Shown: piece after piece, positions 20,447 through 30,361 of the stretch
How the letters are laid out: each line of letters begins with the position of its first letter
How positions within the stretch are numbered: the stretch's first letter is position 1
From: Pirellulales bacterium
GTDB taxonomy: Bacteria > Planctomycetota > Planctomycetia > Pirellulales > PALSA-1355
Assembly: GCA_963733035.1 (NCBI GenBank)
Contig: CAVTBU010000006.1
Coordinates: forward strand, 992,001-1,056,000
Direction of reading: 5' to 3'
DNA: 64,000 nt
The notes under the pieces: generated by a model
The model's input: only the letters and a program-made list of their open reading frames with translations
Databases searched by the model: none
What the model was told of the DNA's origin: nothing
Program-made: the position numbers and the translations under genes

Positions 20447-21514
20447 CTAGACACTGGCTTGCGCGATTTCGACCAGCGGCGTCAGCGCCATTTCTAGGTC
20501 AGCCTGGCCCCTGGCGATTTCCAAACGGCTGGCCAATGCGAACAGCGGAGTTTTGGCGGGCCAGCGGTCGCTGATTTTCACCAGGTCTTTGAACGTGCAC
20601 ACCACCGCTGCGATACTGCTGGAATCTGCCCAGTTGGCAAGGCTCGTCAGGTCGTCGTGCGGATAGGCAAAGTGATCGGGCAGTTCGCGGAAGGCTTGCA
20701 TTTTGTAGCCGCACCCGGCGAGCGCGCGTCGAAAGCCATCTGGATTTCCGATGCCGCAAAAGGCCGCGAGCGGTTGGCCCACCAGTGAGTCGAGCGGCGG
20801 CTCGCTGCCATCGCAGGCTCGTAAGGCTTTCGGTGCGTAGGTGGCTTCTAGCCAAATGGCGCGCGGTGCGAACTGCAAGGCCCGGCGGCGTACTTCCGCG
20901 CGGGCGGCTGCGTCGAGCTGTTCGCTGCGCGTCAGCATGAAGGCATTGGCCCGTGCCCAGCCGGCCAGCGGTTCGCGGAGCGTGCCACGCGGGAAAACGT
21001 GGTCGAAGCCGAACGGTTCCAATGCGTCGATCAACACCAGGTCGAAGTCGCGCGCCAGCCGGCGATGCTGGAAACCGTCGTCGAGCAGAATCAGCTGGCA
21101 GCCAAACTGGGCGACGGCACGCTGCGCCCCGCGCACGCGGTCGGGATCCAACACGTGCGGCACGTCGGGCAGCTTCTTTGCCAGCTCGAGCGCCTCGTCG
21201 TTTGGTTGCCCATTTTGCGAGCCGTAGCCTCGGCTGACGAGTCCCACCCGCACGCCGCGATCGACGAGCCAGCGGGCGAGCCATTCCACGGCTGGCGTCT
21301 TGCCGGTGCCGCCGAGGGTCAGGTTGCCGACGCTGATCACCGGCACGCGCGCGCGATGCGTTGCCGCTCGGCCGGTGTCGTAGCGCCAGTTGCGCACCCG
21401 CACGGCGGCGGAATAGGGGAGCTCGAGCGACCCGAGCGCGGCACGGGCCAGCGCGGCCTTCAGCCCGCGGCGGCGGCCGCTTACCAGGTCGCGAAACTGG
21501 CTGGGTCCGAGCAA
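20447..21514 (-). CDS. lpxK: Tetraacyldisaccharide 4'-kinase
   Basis: VISVGNLTLGGTGKTP, SRGYG, LLDDGFQH, PRGTLRE, AFCGIGNP, PDHFAY. Confidence 0.96.
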   Translation of the reverse strand: MLGPSQFRDLVSGRRRGLKAALARAALGSLELPYSAAVRVRNWRYDTGRAATHRARVPVISVGNLTLGGTGKTPAVEWLARWLVDRGVRVGLVSRGYGSQNGQPNDEALELAKKLPDVPHVLDPDRVRGAQRAVAQFGCQLILLDDGFQHRRLARDFDLVLIDALEPFGFDHVFPRGTLREPLAGWARANAFMLTRSEQLDAAARAEVRRRALQFAPRAIWLEATYAPKALRACDGSEPPLDSLVGQPLAAFCGIGNPDGFRRALAGCGYKMQAFRELPDHFAYPHDDLTSLANWADSSSIAAVVCTFKDLVKISDRWPAKTPLFALASRLEIARGQADLEMALTPLVEIAQASV

Positions 21515-21641
21515 GGCGGCATCCTGACGGGTAAAGCCGAACGGGTTCGATCCCTGAACGGGCCGCAGTATGACGTGATTTTACCGCACGACAATGTCGA
21601 TTGCCGCGATGCTTCGTTCCGCTCGCGGCTAGCAATGCCAA

Positions 21642-21672
21642 CGGGCCGCCGGCTTTTGCTGCCAGCGGCCCG
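21642..21672 (-). terminator. Possible terminator hairpin downstream of icd
   Basis: cgggccgc-c-ggc / gcc-a-gcggcccg stem with 7-nt loop; weak U-tract. Confidence 0.35.
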
Positions 21673-21702
21673 GGCGGTTTGCGGTTCGTTGGGCGGTGCC
21701 GC

Positions 21703-22794
21703 CTACAGCTTGTTGCAAATGGCTTCGGCCATTTCGCGGGTGCCGACGGCGGTCGGGTCGTTGCGGTCGGCCTTCAGGTCGTAGGTGACCGACTTGCCTT
21801 CGGCGATCACGTCGGCCACGGCCTTTTCGAGCCGCGCGGCCGCGTCGGTTTCGCCCATGTGGCGAAGCATCAGCATGCCCGAGAGGATCAGGGCCGTGGG
21901 GTTGACCTTGTTCTTGCCCTTGTACTTGGGGGCGCTGCCGTGGGTGGCTTCGAACACGGCGCCGTCGGGACCGATGTTGGCTCCCGGTGCCACGCCCAAT
22001 CCGCCCACCAGGCCGGCGGCCAGGTCGCTCAGAATGTCGCCATACAGGTTCGGCAGCACCAGCACGTCGTATAGCTCCGGCTTTTGCACCAGCTGCATGC
22101 ACATGTTGTCGACGATCCGCTCTTCGAACTCGATGTTCGGATACTCTTTGGCCACCTCCATCGCCGTGTGCAGCCACAGCCCGTCGGTGAACTTCATGAT
22201 GTTGGCCTTGTGCACGCAGGTGACCTTCTTGCGGCCGTTGTCGCGGGCATAGTCGAAGGCGCACTTTACAATCCGCTTGGTGCCGCTGACGCTGATCGGC
22301 TTGATCGAAATGCCGGTTTCGGTCTCGCCGGTCTTTACCTTCCGCTCCGAGAGCTTGTTGATCTCGGCGATCAGTTCGGCCGTTTCGGGCTTGCCCTTTT
22401 CGAACTCGATGCCGGCGTACAGGTCTTCGGTGTTTTCGCGAACGATGACCAGGTCGACCGGCAGCGAACTGAAGTACGAGCGAACGCCCTTGTATTGCTT
22501 GCAGGGGCGGATGCAGGCGTACAGGCCCAGGGCTTGCCGCAGGTGGACGTTGATGCTGCGAAAGCCGGTGCCCACGGGCGTGGTGATCGGGGCCTTCAAG
22601 GCACACTTGGTGCGCCGGACGCTTTCCATCACGCCCTCGGGCAGCGGCGTGCCCAGGCGTTCCATCACGTCGACGCCGGCTTCCTGCACGTCCCAATTGA
22701 TTTTGACGCCCGTGGCGTCGACACAACGCTTGGCGGCCTCGGCCAATTCCGGCCCGGTGCCGTCACCGGTAATCAACGTAACCTCATGTGCCAT
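21703..22794 (-). CDS. icd: Isocitrate/isopropylmalate dehydrogenase family, likely NAD-dependent isocitrate dehydrogenase
   Basis: [61 protein letters not shown]. Confidence 0.9.
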   Translation of the reverse strand: MAHEVTLITGDGTGPELAEAAKRCVDATGVKINWDVQEAGVDVMERLGTPLPEGVMESVRRTKCALKAPITTPVGTGFRSINVHLRQALGLYACIRPCKQYKGVRSYFSSLPVDLVIVRENTEDLYAGIEFEKGKPETAELIAEINKLSERKVKTGETETGISIKPISVSGTKRIVKCAFDYARDNGRKKVTCVHKANIMKFTDGLWLHTAMEVAKEYPNIEFEERIVDNMCMQLVQKPELYDVLVLPNLYGDILSDLAAGLVGGLGVAPGANIGPDGAVFEATHGSAPKYKGKNKVNPTALILSGMLMLRHMGETDAAARLEKAVADVIAEGKSVTYDLKADRNDPTAVGTREMAEAICNKL

Positions 22795-23661
22795 CAGAGT
22801 TCTCGACAGAAAAAGCGGGGAAGTAAGGCGGGTAATTGCGAACCAACGGGGGAGGTTTGTAAGCGAGTCAGGCTAACACATGCCCAAACGAGCGTCAAAG
22901 GGCCGTGCGGACGGAAGGATGCAGGCCGACGGATGAAGGAGGAATTGGCAGACAGTGAGCCCGCGCGGGCGTTCGTGGCGGCCAGCCGACAAACAGGCTG
23001 GCGGCGTGGCCCGATTTGGAATTCGCAAAATTTCGCGTGGCCCGGTTTTCGAACGTCGCGCAGCACGCAACTTTTCATTCCTAAGGGAGCCCGAAAAACC
23101 GAACGATTCGCCTCCCCCATTTCGCGCATTTGCTCCTGTTTGACCACCAGCGCAATCTCCATGACCCGAGTTCAGAATGCCCCGAGGCTAGGCTAGTGAA
23201 AGTGGCGGCCCTATTTCAATGCGTGGCCGGAAAGGCGGGGGTAAATCGGGGCGCTTGGATGCGGAAGTGATTGGGTGTGGTCTGGCTGGGGAGGAACGGT
23301 GGAGGGACGCGAATGGTTGGCCAAGGCCGCGTTAACGTAGCAGGCTCACGCCATGAGCTGTCGCAGGAGTGGCAAGGGGTGTCGCGCGTCGGGCGGCGCT
23401 TACTTTCCTCTGGCATTCCTATCTTCATGGTTGCAATTCAGTTGTGGTCTTGCGCCGCCAAGGCTCGCTGTCGGCATTTCGTGACAGTTTACGGTTTTCA
23501 GATTATGGGCATCGAGGGAGTGAAGCAGGTGCGGCTCTGCACCAGCAGCTCTCTTGTACCTGCGGCAGCCGGCACGTCTGCCGGTGCCGTCGGCCGACAT
23601 GAAATGAGGCAACCGTTGTTTAGTTACGAAAAGAATCGTCTCAATAGAAGGTGGTGCAACT

Positions 23662-24045
23662 ATGCGAGGAATCAGGTTCGGAACGTTTGCCGCTTTCGCG
23701 ACACTGCTGCTGGGAATGACGAACGAAGCCGCAGCCGCAAAAAAAGATGGCTGGTGGGTGAAGGTGATTAAGCAAAAGACCGAGGCAAAGGCAATCAAAC
23801 TCGAAATCGGGTTGGGTGGCAACGACGCATCACACAAGCCGTGGACGACTTGGAAGAGTGCAGACGATGCCGAGTTCGATGTCCCGGACGAGTTCAAGAG
23901 CGTTGCGGAAATTTGGATCAAAGGCATTGCTGATCCGGAGGATCGAAACGTCGACATGGAGATCTACTACAAGGATCGGTGCACCCAGAAAATGGAATTC
24001 GATGCTGACGAAGAACATGAGATCAGTCAAGGGGACGAGTGTTAG
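23662..24045 (+). CDS. Small secreted hypothetical protein
   Basis: GAAGGTGG RBS, signal peptide, coding-like composition, own terminator. Confidence 0.7.
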   Translation: MRGIRFGTFAAFATLLLGMTNEAAAAKKDGWWVKVIKQKTEAKAIKLEIGLGGNDASHKPWTTWKSADDAEFDVPDEFKSVAEIWIKGIADPEDRNVDMEIYYKDRCTQKMEFDADEEHEISQGDEC

Positions 24046-24078
24046 CAACGTCGCCCGCGATGAGGTCACAGCGATCCT

Positions 24079-24110
24079 GGCACCGGCCCGAACGAGCCGG
24101 TGCCTTTTTT
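24079..24110 (+). terminator. Rho-independent terminator
   Basis: ggcaccggc-N8-gccggtgcc followed by T6, 33 nt after the stop at 24045. Confidence 0.85.
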
Positions 24111-24450
24111 GCGCCACATCGAAGCCCGTCTTGCTCGACAGACAATCGACTGGACCACCTTTTGATTCTGTGTTCGTTGGAGCGGCCGATCATGTCTTTT
24201 ACGGTTACGGCACGGGCGACAAGTCTGTCGGGGTAGCCCGCGGTTTTCGCGAAGGTTTTGTTCTTGGGGTCACCTGCCCGACTTGCCGGCAGGCATTTCA
24301 ACTAACCTTGCCCCGGACGACTGACAAAAGGGGCAGCTTTGTGCAAACTGCGTGGTCAAGAACACAAAAATAGGCGCAAGAGCGATGCAGATATGGCGAT
24401 GTCGCACTTGACCAATTCCGTTTTTCGTCGCGACTCGCTAGATTGGTTGA

Positions 24451-25431
24451 ATGGAAACACTTGCTGATTATCTTCCTGGCGCGCTGCGCGACCTCGTTGA
24501 TCCGCAAACGGCCTTGCCTCGTATTGCCAAGGATCGCCAGCTGACGGCCCAAATCGAGGCCTCGATTCGCGAGATTCCGACCAGCCATGATCTGCGGCTG
24601 GATGACGCTCGAACGTTCGACGTGGAGCCCGAAAGCGTTCACCTTGTGCTGACGTCGCCACCCTACTGGACGTTGAAGGAATATCGGGACAGCGAGGGGC
24701 AGCTGGGACACGTCGAAGACTACGACGAGTTTTTGACGCAGCTAGACAAAGTTTGGAAACGCTGCTTCAAAGCACTTGTTCCGGGGGGGCGTCTGATTTG
24801 CGTCGTCGGAGATGTGTGCCTGTCCAGGCGAAAAAACAACGGTCGCCACACGGTGGTTCCGCTGCACGCATCCATTCAAGAGCGCTGCCGCAAGATCGGC
24901 TACGACAATTTGGCTCCGATCATCTGGCACAAGATCGCCAATGCCGTCTACGAGGTTGACGGCAATGGCGCCGGCTTTTTGGGCAAGCCCTACGAGCCGA
25001 ATGCCGTCATCAAGAACGACATCGAGTTTATCTTGATGGAGCGCAAGCCGGGGGGCTATCGCACGCCCTCGGTGACCACGCGCGTGCTAAGTGTGATTCC
25101 AGAGGACAAACATCGCGAATGGTTCCAACAGATATGGCAGGGCCTCACGGGAGCTTCCACGAAGAATCACCCGGCCCCTTATCCTGTTGAGCTCGCCGAA
25201 CGCCTGGTTCGGATGTTCAGCTTCGTGGGGGATACCGTGCTCGATCCATTCATGGGTACGGCATCAACCAACATTGCGGCGAGCCGCTGGGGGCGCAACA
25301 GCATCGGCATTGAAGTCGACCCCCAATACTACGATCGAGCGTGCAAGCGCATGCGCGAACAGACGGAAGGTCTGTTTGGATCCGCTACGATCCAAAACGG
25401 GAAGCGTACCCGCTCGATAGTCGCGAGATGA
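24451..25431 (+). CDS. Site-specific DNA methyltransferase, N6_N4_Mtase beta class, probably N4-cytosine
   Basis: Catalytic TSPPY before HPAPYP and VLDPFMGTAS (SAM-binding), i.e. beta motif order. From memory it resembles Thermus TTHA0409 (to verify). Confidence 0.93.
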   Translation: METLADYLPGALRDLVDPQTALPRIAKDRQLTAQIEASIREIPTSHDLRLDDARTFDVEPESVHLVLTSPPYWTLKEYRDSEGQLGHVEDYDEFLTQLDKVWKRCFKALVPGGRLICVVGDVCLSRRKNNGRHTVVPLHASIQERCRKIGYDNLAPIIWHKIANAVYEVDGNGAGFLGKPYEPNAVIKNDIEFILMERKPGGYRTPSVTTRVLSVIPEDKHREWFQQIWQGLTGASTKNHPAPYPVELAERLVRMFSFVGDTVLDPFMGTASTNIAASRWGRNSIGIEVDPQYYDRACKRMREQTEGLFGSATIQNGKRTRSIVAR

Positions 25432-26149
25432 ACGTGTCGTAGTGATCCGCGTCGCCTGGCTGTGGAGCGGGCGGGTCTGTCCAGAGGAACGCAGGACCTT
25501 GGTTATCACAGTCGATGACTATGGTTGCGTAAGCGTCAAAGCCGACGCCGTCCGCTGCGTCGCGGATGGGCAAACCGCGCAGATGGTTGACCATTCGCTC
25601 GGCCGCGCGCGGTTGCTTGTGCTGCGAGACGTGCAGCTCTTCGGCGTTCTTTTGTCGCAACGGTGACACGAACGTCTTGGCGATGTTCACGACGGTTACG
25701 CCGGCTGCCAGTGCTTCGCGGTCCCCCTGATGGACAATCTCGTGAGACGAGCCGAGTTCATCGAAGACGCGCGGCTGCGACTTGCTGTGCTCGGTCATCA
25801 CGGTTTTCGCTTCGCAGGCGATCAACACCCGCTCAATCTGTCCTGGAAAGATTGTGCGGGCGAACCTTGTTTTCTCCAGTATCAACTTCGTCGTGCCGAT
25901 CGCCAGATCGAGTGTCTTCGTCTTGCCGTTCGGGAAGGTGTGCCGGGCATTGATGCCATAAACGATCCTATCGGCTAAGGCATCCCTGCTTAATGCGGGA
26001 CAGGCTCGCAGCAGATCTTCCAGGATGAGCGTGCAAAGCGCGATGGAGTGGGCATCGCTACGGCTGTGGTAGTGATAGTCCCAACCGTAGTTTTTATCTT
26101 TGTGCTCGTGCTTGGTGAACCACGATGCAAGTTCTTGCGGTGCGCTCAT
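25385..26149 (-). CDS. Putative type II restriction endonuclease, PD-(D/E)xK fold
   Basis: 254 aa, convergent with and overlapping the MTase; TLDLAIG...IACEAK matches a D...ExK nuclease core. Confidence 0.6.
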   Translation of the reverse strand: MSAPQELASWFTKHEHKDKNYGWDYHYHSRSDAHSIALCTLILEDLLRACPALSRDALADRIVYGINARHTFPNGKTKTLDLAIGTTKLILEKTRFARTIFPGQIERVLIACEAKTVMTEHSKSQPRVFDELGSSHEIVHQGDREALAAGVTVVNIAKTFVSPLRQKNAEELHVSQHKQPRAAERMVNHLRGLPIRDAADGVGFDAYATIVIDCDNQGPAFLWTDPPAPQPGDADHYDTFISRLSSGYASRFGS

Positions 26150-26548
26150 GCCTGGTACTCCTGCCTTCCATGGCCTGGAACGCCGGCATCGTGCGGAAAA
26201 TGGGGTGTTAAGTCAAGCGAGATCCTCCCGCGGGGTTGGCACGAGCAAGCTGTCGGTGTTGCGAAGCAACAAAATGGAAGAGCGGTCGAACCAGATCGAG
26301 TCGGCCTCTTGTGGCTGCGGCACGTGGGGCACAAAGTTGTCCGGGCCAACCGCTCTCGATGGCGTCTAGATTCGCCGCGTATTTAGGGCTGTTGTTCGAG
26401 ACTTCACGCTCTCGCTGCTTTGTTTGCCAGAAACTCATATTTACTGTCCGAGCAAAATCAGGAATCATGCTCGCGGCGGGTGCCGTATTGCATGGCCATC
26501 TGTGGTAGACGTTGAGTCGCTCATTATCTAGGACACTAACTCATACCA

Positions 26549-27751
26549 TTGATACTCATGAGCAGGATGCTTATCGGAACCGTACGCGGGCCGGACACTC
26601 TTACACTTGCCTCGCGCGGTTACGAAACGTTCGTAGGCCCGCGATATTTGTTCCCTGGTCTTATGAAGTTCGTTGTATGTCTTTGGTGCACGGCACCGGC
26701 AGCGGCGCTGACCATTACGTCCAATGATTTCGAGGCCTTTTCCACGGCGGTCAGCAGCGCGGCTCCGGGAAGCACGATTGATTTCGATCTCGGCGCAAGC
26801 TCAACCATTCAGTTTACGCATCCGGTGTCCCTGCAATCGGACATCACGATTCATGGCAACAACACCGTGATTTTCGACGGCGGCGACGCGACGGGAATGT
26901 TCTCCCTGGGGAGCGGAGTCACCGCCAATTTCTCCGGTCTTAGGTTTCAACACGGCTTATACCCAGCGATTTATAGCAGTTATGGACTCGCCAACGTCGC
27001 CAATTGCTCGTTCTTCTACAACAACGGGGGCGCGATTCTCGGCAATGTACAGATTACGGGCAGCACATTCGCGTTTAATCAGGCCCGGTTCGGCGGAGCG
27101 GTGTGCGCCGATGGAATCCATGGCAAAGTCATTGTGGATAACTCGACCTTTTTCGGCAACTCGGCATACATTGGAGGTGCGATCGATGGCAACACGAGGA
27201 CCCTCGTGCTTCGCAACAGCACTGTGTTTGGGAATGTCGCCAGTCTCGGTGGCGGGGTAGCGTGGGAAGGTCGAGGCGGCTACTGCTTGATCGAAAGCTC
27301 GATCCTCGCAGGCAATGTTAAAACGTATTTTTCGACTGAATCCCATGATTTGTATATTGTCCCCGGTTCCATCCTGATCGATCACAGCCTCGTCGGAACG
27401 GGCTTGCTAATCGGCCTGCACGATGGGGTTAACAATGGGGTGTATGCAAATGTCGTGGGCGACGGCGTTCATGTCGCTGGAGTCGCGATCGATGACCTTC
27501 TCGGTGACTTGCGCGACAATGGAGGTCCTACGATGACGATGGCACTCCTGGGTTCGAACAACCCAGCACTAGGTGCCGGCAGCAATCCGCTTGGTGTAGC
27601 TTACGACCAGCGCGGTGCCCCTTATTCCCGGGTAAACGGTCTCGGCGTGGACATCGGAGCCTTTGAGCTGCAAGTCCCCGAGCCTGCGACATGCCTACTT
27701 GCGCTCATCGGGTTCACGGCCGTCACTCTGACTGGTTGGCGGAAGAGATGA
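26549..27751 (+). CDS. PEP-CTERM surface protein with beta-helix (GGA-x repeats) and choice-of-anchor Q-like domain
   Basis: NSTFxGNxA-xGGA repeats; DNGGPTMTMAL...DQRG...VDIGAFE; VPEP-TM-WRKR tail. Start uncertain. Confidence 0.85.
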   Translation: MILMSRMLIGTVRGPDTLTLASRGYETFVGPRYLFPGLMKFVVCLWCTAPAAALTITSNDFEAFSTAVSSAAPGSTIDFDLGASSTIQFTHPVSLQSDITIHGNNTVIFDGGDATGMFSLGSGVTANFSGLRFQHGLYPAIYSSYGLANVANCSFFYNNGGAILGNVQITGSTFAFNQARFGGAVCADGIHGKVIVDNSTFFGNSAYIGGAIDGNTRTLVLRNSTVFGNVASLGGGVAWEGRGGYCLIESSILAGNVKTYFSTESHDLYIVPGSILIDHSLVGTGLLIGLHDGVNNGVYANVVGDGVHVAGVAIDDLLGDLRDNGGPTMTMALLGSNNPALGAGSNPLGVAYDQRGAPYSRVNGLGVDIGAFELQVPEPATCLLALIGFTAVTLTGWRKR

Positions 27752-27952
27752 ATCGCCGCGCGATCGCTTAACTTCCGAATTCAGGTGACGCCAGCAATTG
27801 TCGGCTTTGCGCAACAAAAAGAGGTGCGATGTCGGGACCAAGTTCGTCACTGCGTATGGCAGTCTTTCATCTCTCCTCGATCCAGGCCGCATGGAGGTCC
27901 ACTCGTGACGGCCGAATCAGATTTGGTATTTGCGCGGGTGCTTTCCGGCGAA

Positions 27953-28657
27953 TCATTCCGGTGTGACGGGCACGCTGGTGACGATTCCGGTGGCCAAATC
28001 GTAGACTCCTCCTGCCACTTTGAGCCGGCCCTCTTCGATGAGGGCGGCGATTACGGGGGAAGCCTCGGCAATGGTCATGGCCTGATTGATAACGTTCTCG
28101 CGGACGGCGCGGTCTAAATCATTGGCTGATGCTTTGACCGCGGGGCGCAGGTATTGAAACAGCGAACTGATCTGGCCCGGTACGAGCTCGCGCTTCATGG
28201 CTGCGGTGACCGCTCCACAGGAAGTATGCCCTAGAACGTAAATGATTTTCGCCCCGAGGATGTGCGTCGCGAATTCCAAACTGCCGATGATTTCCGGGGT
28301 CGCAACGTTACCGGCAATGCGCGTGACGAACAAATCACCGAAGCCTTGATCGAATACGATTTCGACCGGGACGCGCGAGTCGGCACAACCTAGGACGACT
28401 GCAAACGGGGATTGTAGCGCAGCGACTTCTTGCAGTCGCTGCATATTTCGATGCGCCGCCAGGGTCTCACCGCGGACGAAACGCTCGTTTCCTTCAGACA
28501 GTGCGAGCAAGACTTCATCGGGCGTTTCCGGTCGCCGGCCAACGCGCTGGTTTTCTCCGGTCGCCTTGATGGCCGGGATGGGTGATGTCATCGGGCTTGC
28601 GGATTGGAGAATCTCCCCAGGCGAAACAGCTAGGCCGCGGTGGTCACTCACTTCCAT
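27953..28657 (-). CDS. Beta-class carbonic anhydrase
   Basis: GCADSRVP, RIAGN, GSLEFA, LGHTSCGAV zinc ligands, YDLATG. Confidence 0.95.
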   Translation of the reverse strand: MEVSDHRGLAVSPGEILQSASPMTSPIPAIKATGENQRVGRRPETPDEVLLALSEGNERFVRGETLAAHRNMQRLQEVAALQSPFAVVLGCADSRVPVEIVFDQGFGDLFVTRIAGNVATPEIIGSLEFATHILGAKIIYVLGHTSCGAVTAAMKRELVPGQISSLFQYLRPAVKASANDLDRAVRENVINQAMTIAEASPVIAALIEEGRLKVAGGVYDLATGIVTSVPVTPE

Positions 28658-28705
28658 GGCTTCTTTACCTTCGATTCTGATTTAACGAGGTCGTCCGTGG
28701 CGCAG

Positions 28706-28915
28706 TTATTCCGAGCTCGACGGGCCAGCTCGCTTCGGGCGCGGCACCATCGAGTTTTCGGACTCCGAGAAGCCCTGTCGCGTCATCGCTTCGTGTCGAC
28801 GGGAAGGTGACAATGCGCCCCGCAACAGCCAGAGGCAGGGTCGCGGCGCTAGAGCCGCCTCGACGGCCAGCGGGAGGGCAATCATGCCCACGACGTAAAG
28901 TAAGCTTTGCAGCAT
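28706..28915 (-). CDS. Possible small membrane/secreted protein upstream of the carbonic anhydrase
   Basis: AAGGA RBS-like sequence before ATG; hydrophobic N-terminus; co-oriented with the CA gene. Confidence 0.35.
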   Translation of the reverse strand: MLQSLLYVVGMIALPLAVEAALAPRPCLWLLRGALSPSRRHEAMTRQGFSESENSMVPRPKRAGPSSSE

Positions 28916-29164
28916 GCGGTTTTTCCTTGAAATGGTTCCCTGGACCCTGCAGGGAGCGGACGGTTTTTCAGGTTCGGCCTGGGCGAGGCTGAAGTCGGGT
29001 TTGCCATCGAAATCTGAAAGTCTTTAGGGGTATTTAGCCGGACTGCCTGCCGGCAGTAAGCAAACGTTCCAAGTACCTCGAGTCAGCGAGGTCATGGTTG
29101 AGCCTCGGTGCTTGCGAATCTTATCGGCCCCACAACCATCAGAGCCAATAGATAGTTGGCCTTC

Positions 29165-29189
29165 GATCCATCGAAAAAACCGATGGATC
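29165..29189. promoter_or_regulatory. LysR-type operator (T-N11-A inside a perfect 9-bp inverted repeat)
   Basis: gatccatcg-aaaaaac-cgatggatc between the divergent CA and LysR genes. Confidence 0.7.
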
Positions 29190-29458
29190 AGCTGGATCGC
29201 CGGCGCCCGGGCAGGGGGCATCCGCGGTGGTAGCGGGTCGGTGGTCCGGCGCTTGAGATGCACCGCGAAAAAGCGGCCTCGATCGATAGCTGCTACCTAT
29301 GTAAACTGCTATATATATCGACTGTTGTTATAGGACCTTGTCGCGATGCCGGTCGCCAGGCTCGGTTCCAACGGCCGCGGTCGGAGGCGCACTGCGCCGC
29401 AACCGACAATCCACCGGCGAGCGGTACGAGACCTGACGAATGCCCCGAGGAGGATCGC

Positions 29459-30361
29459 GTGGACTGGTTGAACTATCATCACCTGTTCTATTTTTGGCAG
29501 GTGGCGCGCGACGGAAGTGTCGTCCGAGCCGCACGTACATTGCATCTCTCCCAGCCCACGGTTTCGGCCCAGGTGCGCGCCCTGGAACGCGCGCTGGGGC
29601 AGAAATTATTCCAGAAGCAGGGGCGGTATCTGGTGCTGACCGAGGTAGGTCGGCAAGTTCAGCGCTACGCCGAGGAAATCTTCGCCCTGGGACGCGAGCT
29701 GACGGAAGTCGTTGGCCGCGACCAGCCGACCGCGGCGACACGCTTCGCCGTTGGTATCTCGGATGCGCTTCCGAAGATGACCACCTACAAGCTGCTCGAA
29801 CCGGCCCTGGCCCTTGAGCCGCGGCCTCGGGTGGTGATGAAGATTGACAAGACCGAGCGCCTGCTGACGCAGTTAGCCGAACACAGCCTGGACCTGGTGT
29901 TGGCCGACGATCGCGTCCGCTCGGATATGAGCATTCGTGCCTTTACGCATCTGTTAGGCGAAAGCGGCGTCAGCATTTTCGCGACGCGCCAACTGGCTCG
30001 ACAATATCGGCGCAAGTTTCCGCAGTCGTTGCATGGGGCGCCCTTACTAGTGCAGACGACCAACACTTCCCTCCGGCGGACGATCGATCAATGGTTCTAC
30101 GAACGTAATCTGGCGCCACAAATTGTCGGCGAAGTTGAGGATATGGCGATGCTTCAGGTTCTCGGACAGCAGGGCATGGGGCTGTTCGCCGCGCCCTCGG
30201 TGGTGGAAAAGGTAATCTGCAAGCAGCACGACGTATGTGTATTGGGACAACTGGCTGAGGCCAGGGAACGTTTCTATGCCATTTCCGTCGAGCGACGACT
30301 CCGACATCCAGCGGTTGTCGCCATGTCACAGGCGGCACGCAAAAATCTATTTGTTGCCTAG
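29459..30361 (+). CDS. nhaR: LysR family regulator, NhaR-like
   Basis: WLNYHHLFYFWQVARDGS...SQPTVSAQ, GISDALPK, ERFYAISVERRLRHPAV; GAGGAGG RBS before GTG. Confidence 0.85.
   Translation: MDWLNYHHLFYFWQVARDGSVVRAARTLHLSQPTVSAQVRALERALGQKLFQKQGRYLVLTEVGRQVQRYAEEIFALGRELTEVVGRDQPTAATRFAVGISDALPKMTTYKLLEPALALEPRPRVVMKIDKTERLLTQLAEHSLDLVLADDRVRSDMSIRAFTHLLGESGVSIFATRQLARQYRRKFPQSLHGAPLLVQTTNTSLRRTIDQWFYERNLAPQIVGEVEDMAMLQVLGQQGMGLFAAPSVVEKVICKQHDVCVLGQLAEARERFYAISVERRLRHPAVVAMSQAARKNLFVA

Noticed and set aside
22869..22883. caggctaacacatgc resembles the conserved 16S rRNA 5' motif
   Set aside because: Only ~15 nt with a deletion; flanks show no rRNA similarity, so it is a chance match.
24079..24110. 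Hairpin resembles the tracrRNA 3' end (ggcaccg...cggtgc-tttt)
   Set aside because: No cas gene, array or anti-repeat; it is positioned as the ordinary terminator of the upstream gene.
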